A stretch of DNA of 32,000 bases from Halomicronema hongdechloris C2206 (GTDB lineage Bacteria; Cyanobacteriota; Cyanobacteriia; Phormidesmidales; Phormidesmidaceae). The stretch lies in contig NZ_CP021983.2 in NCBI RefSeq assembly GCF_002075285.3, positions 4,530,001 to 4,562,000 on the forward strand, in the 5' to 3' direction. The notes below the pieces were generated by a model, which was not told where the DNA came from, did not search any database, and saw nothing but the letters and a program-made list of their open reading frames with translations. The position numbers were made by a program, and so were the translations under genes. Below are positions 26,742 through 32,000 of this stretch, piece by piece (within the stretch, counting starts at the first letter, position 1; each line of letters starts with the position of its first letter).

Positions 26742-27797
26742 GTGGAGCAGGACACAGTCCTGGGTCCTATATGTATGTACTACATGGCTATCGGTTTAAA
26801 GGCCTGGATCTCTCGGCTCAAGCCCTATCTGCGCTGGCTCATTCTCGGCGGCACCTGCTTCTTTCTGGCCACGACCCTGCGCCAGCACTGGCAAGACGTA
26901 TGGGCGATGCAGATTACCGCCAGAGGCTGGGCTTGTCTCACCCTGGCCCTCGGGGTCACCCTCCTGGCTCACATCTGGGCCGGTTGGGTGTGGAGCTGGA
27001 TGCTGTGGGAGTTTAATCAGCCCCAACGGGGCACCTGGGGAATCTACACCTATCTCACCACCAACATTGCCAAGTATTTGCCGGGCAATATCTGGCACTT
27101 CTACGGGCGCGTACGGGCGGTTCAATCCTTAGGCGTTCCCATCGGCATTGCCATTGTCAGTGTGGTGATGGAACCCCTGTTGATGGCGGCAGCCGCCCTG
27201 ATCCTGGCCCTGCTAATTATTCAGCAGCAGTGGCCCTGGTATCTATTCGGGTTAGGGGCCCTACTCATCGGCATTCATCCTCGCCTGCTGAACCCACTAC
27301 TCCATCGCCTAGGGCGGGCGAAGGCAGCAGTCACCCATGCCCCAGAGGCGCCAGAACAGGTGGCCCAGAGCAACCTGCGCCGCTATCCCTGGAAGCCCCT
27401 GCTAGGAGAAATCGGCTTCGTCATGTTGAGGGGGCTGGGCTTCATTATGGCGATCGCGGCCCTGGGCCCGGTGCAGGTTAACCAGCTGTTGCTGCTGTTG
27501 AGTAGCTTTAGCCTGGCCTGGTTACTGGGCCTGATCATCCCCGGAGCCCCAGGCGGGTTAGGCGTCTTCGAAGCCACTGCAGTGGCGTTATTGCAGTCCC
27601 AACTGTCTCCCAGTCTCATCCTGGGCGGTGTCGCCTGGTATCGCCTCATCAGCATCCTGGCGGAGGCCGGTGGGGCTGGCCTGGTCTGGCTAGACAACCA
27701 AGGCAGCGGCACCTTAGCCCATCCCATGCCAGCCTTACCCCCCCAGGCCAATCCCTCGACGGCGGCCCTTTCCCCCAGCCGTGATTCAATGGAGTAG
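26742..27797 (+). CDS. UPF0104 / flippase-like (LPG-synthase TM domain) membrane protein
   Basis: Polytopic membrane ORF with a family-like N-terminus (LRWLILGGTCFFLATTLRQHW) and a PGAPGGLGVFEA motif. The start is uncertain: GTG 26742, or ATG 26775 or 26784. Confidence 0.8.
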   Translation: MEQDTVLGPICMYYMAIGLKAWISRLKPYLRWLILGGTCFFLATTLRQHWQDVWAMQITARGWACLTLALGVTLLAHIWAGWVWSWMLWEFNQPQRGTWGIYTYLTTNIAKYLPGNIWHFYGRVRAVQSLGVPIGIAIVSVVMEPLLMAAAALILALLIIQQQWPWYLFGLGALLIGIHPRLLNPLLHRLGRAKAAVTHAPEAPEQVAQSNLRRYPWKPLLGEIGFVMLRGLGFIMAIAALGPVQVNQLLLLLSSFSLAWLLGLIIPGAPGGLGVFEATAVALLQSQLSPSLILGGVAWYRLISILAEAGGAGLVWLDNQGSGTLAHPMPALPPQANPSTAALSPSRDSME

Positions 27798-27813
27798 CAC
27801 CGTGTCTAGCTCC

Positions 27814-28827
27814 ATGAGATCTTCTGCCTTGGCGGCCTTGATTCCCGTTGGTCCCAACCATGATCCATCCTTGGATGTGTCGGTGGTGGTACCCATCTAC
27901 AACGAATGTGACAGCCTGCCGGTCCTGGTTGACACCATCGCTCAGGCACTGCAGCCGACTGACATCGACTATGAAATTATCTGTATCGATGACGGCTCCC
28001 GGGATGGCTCGGCCGACTTACTGCGGCAGTTGGTGGGCCAACGGCGCGATCTGACGGCGGTGTTGTTGCGCCGTAACTATGGTCAGACGGCGGCGATGGC
28101 CGCTGGATTCGACCATGCTCGGGGCCGGATCATCGTCACCTTAGATGGTGACCTGCAGAATGATCCGGCTGATATTCCTAAGGTGCTGGCCAAATTGGCC
28201 GAGGGCTACGATCTGGTCAGTGGTTGGCGCCAACATCGCCAGGACCATCGCCTGACCCGGTTACTGCCGTCGAAGATCGCCAACTGGCTGATCGGGCGCG
28301 TCACGGGGGTGACGCTGCACGACTATGGCTGTGCCCTGAAGGCCTACCGGGCGGAGGTGGTGAGGGATATGAATCTCTACGGTGAATTGCACCGCTTTTT
28401 GCCGGCGCTGGCCTACATTGAGGGGGCTCGGATCGCGGAGCTGCCGGTGAGCCATCGCGCCCGCCAGTTTGGCCAGAGCAAATATGGCCTGGGGCGGACC
28501 CTGCGAGTGGTGATGGATTTGCTGACGGTCTATTTCATGAAGAAATTCCTCACCCGTCCCATGCATATCTTTGGGTCCTTTGGCCTCAGTGCCATCGTGG
28601 TTGGGGTGCTGATTGCGGTCTATCTGGCCTTCGTCAAGTTCATGGGGCAGCAGGACATTGGCGATCGGCCCCTGCTCTTTCTGGCCATTGTGTTGTTTTT
28701 GAGTGGCATCCAGCTCTTTAGCTTTGGCTTGTTAGCCGAATTACTCATGCGTACTTACCATGAGTCACAACGGCGGCCCATCTATCGAGTCCGAGAGGTG
28801 GTGGGCGCCGCAGCACCCACTAAGTAG
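27814..28827 (+). CDS. Family 2 glycosyltransferase, polyprenol-phosphate sugar transferase type (GtrB/ArnC/DPM1-like)
   Basis: Contains VSVVVPIYNE, ICIDDGSRDGS, NYGQTAA and LDGDLQNDP, with two C-terminal TM helices. The track start at 27781 (GTG) would overlap the upstream gene by 17 bp. ATG at 27814 is the alternative. Confidence 0.9.
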   Translation: MRSSALAALIPVGPNHDPSLDVSVVVPIYNECDSLPVLVDTIAQALQPTDIDYEIICIDDGSRDGSADLLRQLVGQRRDLTAVLLRRNYGQTAAMAAGFDHARGRIIVTLDGDLQNDPADIPKVLAKLAEGYDLVSGWRQHRQDHRLTRLLPSKIANWLIGRVTGVTLHDYGCALKAYRAEVVRDMNLYGELHRFLPALAYIEGARIAELPVSHRARQFGQSKYGLGRTLRVVMDLLTVYFMKKFLTRPMHIFGSFGLSAIVVGVLIAVYLAFVKFMGQQDIGDRPLLFLAIVLFLSGIQLFSFGLLAELLMRTYHESQRRPIYRVREVVGAAAPTK

Positions 28828-29644
28828 GAGCTAGGTGCCGCTCAAAGAACTCGACCACTCGTCTGGCCACGGCTGCTCCCTGGCAATCTAACAGCATGGC
28901 ATGGCCAGAGGCATCGAACCAGCCCACTTCCACCGGGGCTGGCACCTCTGCAGTGATCCAGTCGACGACGATGGCAGGGATGATGCGATCGCAATGGGAA
29001 TGCACCACCAGGGTCGGCACCTGAATCTGGGGTAATTGCCGCCGAGCCTGGCGACTGAGCCGATAGAGCTGGCGCAGCGCCCAGGAATGATAGAAATCGT
29101 AGCAGGGTTGATCGAAGCTGGGCTTGGTGGCACTGGGCAGATAGAAACTGGCCCATCCCAACAGGGGAATCAATATCTCTGCCCGCAGCGGTAAGCGCAG
29201 GGCCGGGGCAGCGACGGCACAGGCATCTAGTCGGCCTTCGGCGGCCATGGTCAATGCGATCGCACCACCCATCGACAGGCCAAACATCCCCACCCGGTCA
29301 TAATACTGCCGAGCCTTAGCAATTTCCTGGCGTGCCGCCTGCAGCAGCCCATCCATGGTGATCCGGGCAAACTGGCGACGTTGGTCCTGACGCTGACGAT
29401 ACCCATGGCCCGGCAACACCATCGTCACCGCATCCATGCCGGCTGTCACACAGTCCTTAGCCACGGGGGTGACTTCATAGGGCACCCCGGCAAAACCATG
29501 GACGCAAATCACACCACATCTCACACCACATCTACCCGGGGAATCGGCCCGCAACCAGTGGGGGTAAGCCTCCGGCATCAATACATTCTCAGCGGCCCCT
29601 AACGCCTCAAAGCCAGAAAAATAAGGGGGATCTAGCAGCATCAT
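28820..29644 (-). CDS. Alpha/beta hydrolase (carboxylesterase / lysophospholipase-like)
   Basis: Contains HGFAG, nucleophile elbow GLSMGG, and the late motifs HSHCDRIIP and ASGHAML. It overlaps the convergent GT2 gene by 8 bp. Confidence 0.85.
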   Translation of the reverse strand: MMLLDPPYFSGFEALGAAENVLMPEAYPHWLRADSPGRCGVRCGVICVHGFAGVPYEVTPVAKDCVTAGMDAVTMVLPGHGYRQRQDQRRQFARITMDGLLQAARQEIAKARQYYDRVGMFGLSMGGAIALTMAAEGRLDACAVAAPALRLPLRAEILIPLLGWASFYLPSATKPSFDQPCYDFYHSWALRQLYRLSRQARRQLPQIQVPTLVVHSHCDRIIPAIVVDWITAEVPAPVEVGWFDASGHAMLLDCQGAAVARRVVEFFERHLAPT

Positions 29645-29950
29645 TAACGGTATTCGTGTCCAGCATTCAGTCAGCGACTACACCAATCCAACCTAACGAG
29701 TCGTTTCCATTCTGGGAGTTAGCTTCCTATAATTTGTCCAACTCATCTCTGTCGCAACGGTGCCTATGCTGAGACACATATGCTCAAGGAGTACCCCGTC
29801 TACAGATATTTCTGAATACATGTGCCAATATCAACATCCTCAGTGACCGGGCAGCCACCATCGAGTCACCACCATCATCCCCTCCTGGGTCAGTTAGGCC
29901 CAAACAGCTCCACAATTTGGGGCTTGGGTCCCCACTGTCCTAATCTATCG

Positions 29951-29970
29951 GGTCAACGCTAGCGTTGACC
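29951..29970. repeat. Perfect 20-bp palindrome GGTCAACGCT|AGCGTTGACC
   Basis: Read directly, with zero spacer and no adjacent T-tract. It lies 186 bp upstream of the ATG at 30156, within a 510-bp non-coding spacer. Confidence 0.9.
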
Positions 29971-30155
29971 GTTGGCCAGACAACAGCGGTGGCCGCGATC
30001 CTCAATATCCGGTAGCCGTTTCTAGGCATTACTAGTCATGTCATCCTAGAATTTTGTGGCCACAACGCTACCCTGCCCATTCCCTAGTCCTCCCTAGCTC
30101 CCCAGTCCCTTGCAATCGTCCTCACCCTTTCGCTGCAATCTACTCGGTAAGCGCC

Positions 30156-32000
30156 ATGGCTAACGTACCCGATCCTGCCGTCGAGCTGATTAAAACCTTT
30201 GAGGGATTTAGCCGCAATGCTTATCCAGATCCCCGCACTGGCGGCAAACCCTACACCATTGGCTGGGGCAGCACCCGCAAGAAAGATGGCAGTCCCTTCG
30301 AATTAGGCGACACCATTACCCCAGACCAAGCCGAAGAGCTGTTGCGGTGGCAGCTAGAAAATGAATTTTTACCTCCCCTAGAAAAGATTCCCACCTGGCC
30401 TACCATGAACCAGAGGCAACGGGGGGCCATTCTCAGCTTTGCCTATAACCTAGGGGCCCATTTCTATGGGGGCAATAACTTTGCCACGATCACAGAGGTT
30501 CTGAAAACCGGCAACTGGAGCAAGATTGAATCAGCCCTGGTGCTTTACCGCAATCCAGGCACTAACGTCGAGGCCGGACTGCTACGGCGACGACTCACCG
30601 AGGCCCAAGTCTTTCTAGAAGGAACCTCAGGCTTAAGTCTGAGCGCAGCCGGGAAGCGTTATCTGGCTGGGGGCCAGACCCCCCAAGAGTACTTCGAGGG
30701 ACCTGCTAAAGACTATGAACCGGGGGAACGCACCCTGCTGCAATCCATGCCCTACCTGCGGGGCAAAGACGTCGTCGCCTTACAGGAGGCCTTGGTCAAA
30801 GCTGGTCACTCCATTAGTACAGACGGCATTTTCGGCCCAGCTACCAAACAGGCCGTAGAAGCCTTTCAAGCCGCCAACGGCCTGACGGTAGATGGCATCG
30901 TCGGGGACAACACTTGGTCTGCCTTGATGGACCCCGCGGCCAACTTTACCCTGCGAATTGGCCAAGATACTCTACTGAAACTGCGCCCCGAAGACGTGAC
31001 CGAACTCTCCGAGGCCGAGGTTCACGCCGTCAGCAAAGGCAGCACCTATCCCCTGCACTCCTATGCCTATGCCGACCCTACTCAGGGCGATTTTAATGGC
31101 CATATCAAGGTCGCCTTTCAAGGCACAAACGTTAAGGGATTCAACACTTGGTTTGTCTACGGCGGTCACATTCAAGTCGAGAAAGACGGGGAAGTCGTCT
31201 ATCCTTGGGAAGAACAACAAGCCGAGTTCATTCTCAAGATCTATCGCGATACCCTATTCAAACGTCGTCCGATTCAATCGAGCCAGCTGCCAGCCACCCA
31301 GAAACACTCAGTGGCGCAAGGCAGCCAATTTGTGCTGCATTCCTATGCCTTTCAAGACGCCCATGGCGATTTCAGCAGCCACATCAAGATCGCCCTGAAA
31401 TACGAGAAAGATTTTATCAACGATCTGAGCCAGTGGTTTGTCTATGACCAGCACGCCATGGTGGAATTTGATGGACAAATTGTCTACCCGCATCTACCAC
31501 GGTTGCAAGTCACCCAAGACACCATTCTGAAACGCCGACCCCTACAGTCGTCTCAGCTACCCGATAACGAGAAATACATGATTGCCAAAGGCACCAGCTT
31601 GATCCTGCACTCCTGGGCCTACCGAGATCAGCAGGGAGATTTTAACCGCCACATCAAGTTCGCCATTAAGTACGAGCAGGACTTTATCCAGAAGTTCAGT
31701 ACCTGGTACGTCTACGACCAACATGCCCAGGTCCTCCTAGGAGATAAGGTCGTCTATCCCCCCGCCTTTCAGGGCAAAGCTTTCAAACTGCCTGGCAATA
31801 CCAGTACCTTCTATACCGGCCAGCCTATCTTGCCCAAGGGAGACTTTACCTGGGGAGAGGCGACTAAGGAGGGAACCCGGATCCCCCCGACGGCTGACAT
31901 CGTTAAAAACATCTTGGCGCTAGCCAAGCACCTGCAGCAAGCACGCGATCGCATCGGCAGTCCTTTCATCATCAACTCCTGGTATCGCACCCCAGAGGCC
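30156..32000 (+). CDS. Multidomain cell-wall hydrolase (partial; continues past the window end): GH24 lysozyme + PG_binding_1 + 3 repeats + M15-like peptidase
   Basis: Not in the supplied ORF track because no stop is reached. I translated all 615 codons by hand and found no stop. The N-terminus (ELIKTFEGFSRNAYPDPRTGGKPYTIGWGST...GAILSFAYNLG) is GH24 lysozyme. LRGKDVVALQEALVKAGHSISTDGIFGPATKQAVEAFQAANGLTVDGIVGDNTW is a PG-binding domain. The end (FTWGEATKEGTRIPP...NILALAKHLQQARDRIGSPFIINSWYRTPEA) is Peptidase_M15_3-like. Confidence 0.9.
   Translation, partial: MANVPDPAVELIKTFEGFSRNAYPDPRTGGKPYTIGWGSTRKKDGSPFELGDTITPDQAEELLRWQLENEFLPPLEKIPTWPTMNQRQRGAILSFAYNLGAHFYGGNNFATITEVLKTGNWSKIESALVLYRNPGTNVEAGLLRRRLTEAQVFLEGTSGLSLSAAGKRYLAGGQTPQEYFEGPAKDYEPGERTLLQSMPYLRGKDVVALQEALVKAGHSISTDGIFGPATKQAVEAFQAANGLTVDGIVGDNTWSALMDPAANFTLRIGQDTLLKLRPEDVTELSEAEVHAVSKGSTYPLHSYAYADPTQGDFNGHIKVAFQGTNVKGFNTWFVYGGHIQVEKDGEVVYPWEEQQAEFILKIYRDTLFKRRPIQSSQLPATQKHSVAQGSQFVLHSYAFQDAHGDFSSHIKIALKYEKDFINDLSQWFVYDQHAMVEFDGQIVYPHLPRLQVTQDTILKRRPLQSSQLPDNEKYMIAKGTSLILHSWAYRDQQGDFNRHIKFAIKYEQDFIQKFSTWYVYDQHAQVLLGDKVVYPPAFQGKAFKLPGNTSTFYTGQPILPKGDFTWGEATKEGTRIPPTADIVKNILALAKHLQQARDRIGSPFIINSWYRTPEA
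30945..31760 (+). repeat. Three tandem protein modules of about 88 aa inside the hydrolase ORF
   Basis: Module positions are 30945-31205, 31227-31490 and 31497-31760. Shared pattern: DT(L/I)(L/F)K.RP.QSSQLP....(G)(S/T)...LHS(Y/W)A..D..GDF..HIK.A.KYE.DF......W.VYD.HA.V...G..VYP. No domain family recognised. Confidence 0.85.

Noticed and set aside
1-32000. CRISPR arrays, rRNA genes, transposase/IS elements and integrases
   Set aside because: I saw no regularly spaced direct repeats of 25-40 bp, no rRNA-like sequence and no transposase or integrase ORF. The only tandem repeats are the short arrays listed above.
30156-32000. Reading the lysozyme/M15 gene as evidence of a prophage
   Set aside because: No other phage gene is visible within the window, and the gene carries the host HIP1 motif. 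The downstream region is not visible, so this remains open rather than supported.

Overview
This looks like a cyanobacterial chromosomal segment. The HIP1 octamer GCGATCGC recurs throughout (e.g. 480-487, 1179-1186, 1866-1873, 17343-17350, 20100-20107, 21264-21271, 25083-25090, 31945-31952). Most of the window is ordinary housekeeping: ilvD, an RRM RNA-binding protein, tRNA-Gly(GCC), a ProA-family gene, desC, hisG, hemW, serA, prmA, ppx, a PIN/TRAM protein, a COG1900 protein, two alpha/beta hydrolases, a pentapeptide-repeat protein, a TPR protein and a UPF0104/GT2 membrane pair. I see no rRNA, CRISPR array or obvious multi-gene defence island. One clearly accessory patch lies at about 21.3-25.1 kb. 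It is HIP1-free and holds a complete minus-strand group II intron (RT/maturase/HNH ORF, with recognisable domains V and VI) next to a brnT/brnA toxin-antitoxin pair. The brnT toxin gene carries an apparent 1-nt frameshift. Other loci worth a second look:
- A large cell-wall hydrolase ORF with no signal peptide (GH24 lysozyme + PG-binding domain + three unassigned repeats of about 88 aa + M15-like peptidase). It runs off the 3' end and is missing from the supplied ORF track.
- A ProA paralog whose catalytic Cys is replaced by Val, tightly coupled to a zinc-ribbon membrane protein.
- A conserved-looking protein split by near-perfect 30-bp (10-aa acidic) tandem repeats and ending in a basic tail.
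- Two non-triplet tandem repeat arrays (14 bp x3.6 and 13 bp x5) sitting directly on the ribosome-binding regions of ilvD and of a small membrane ORF upstream of COG1900.
All calls come from reading the sequence and ORF translations. No database searches were run.
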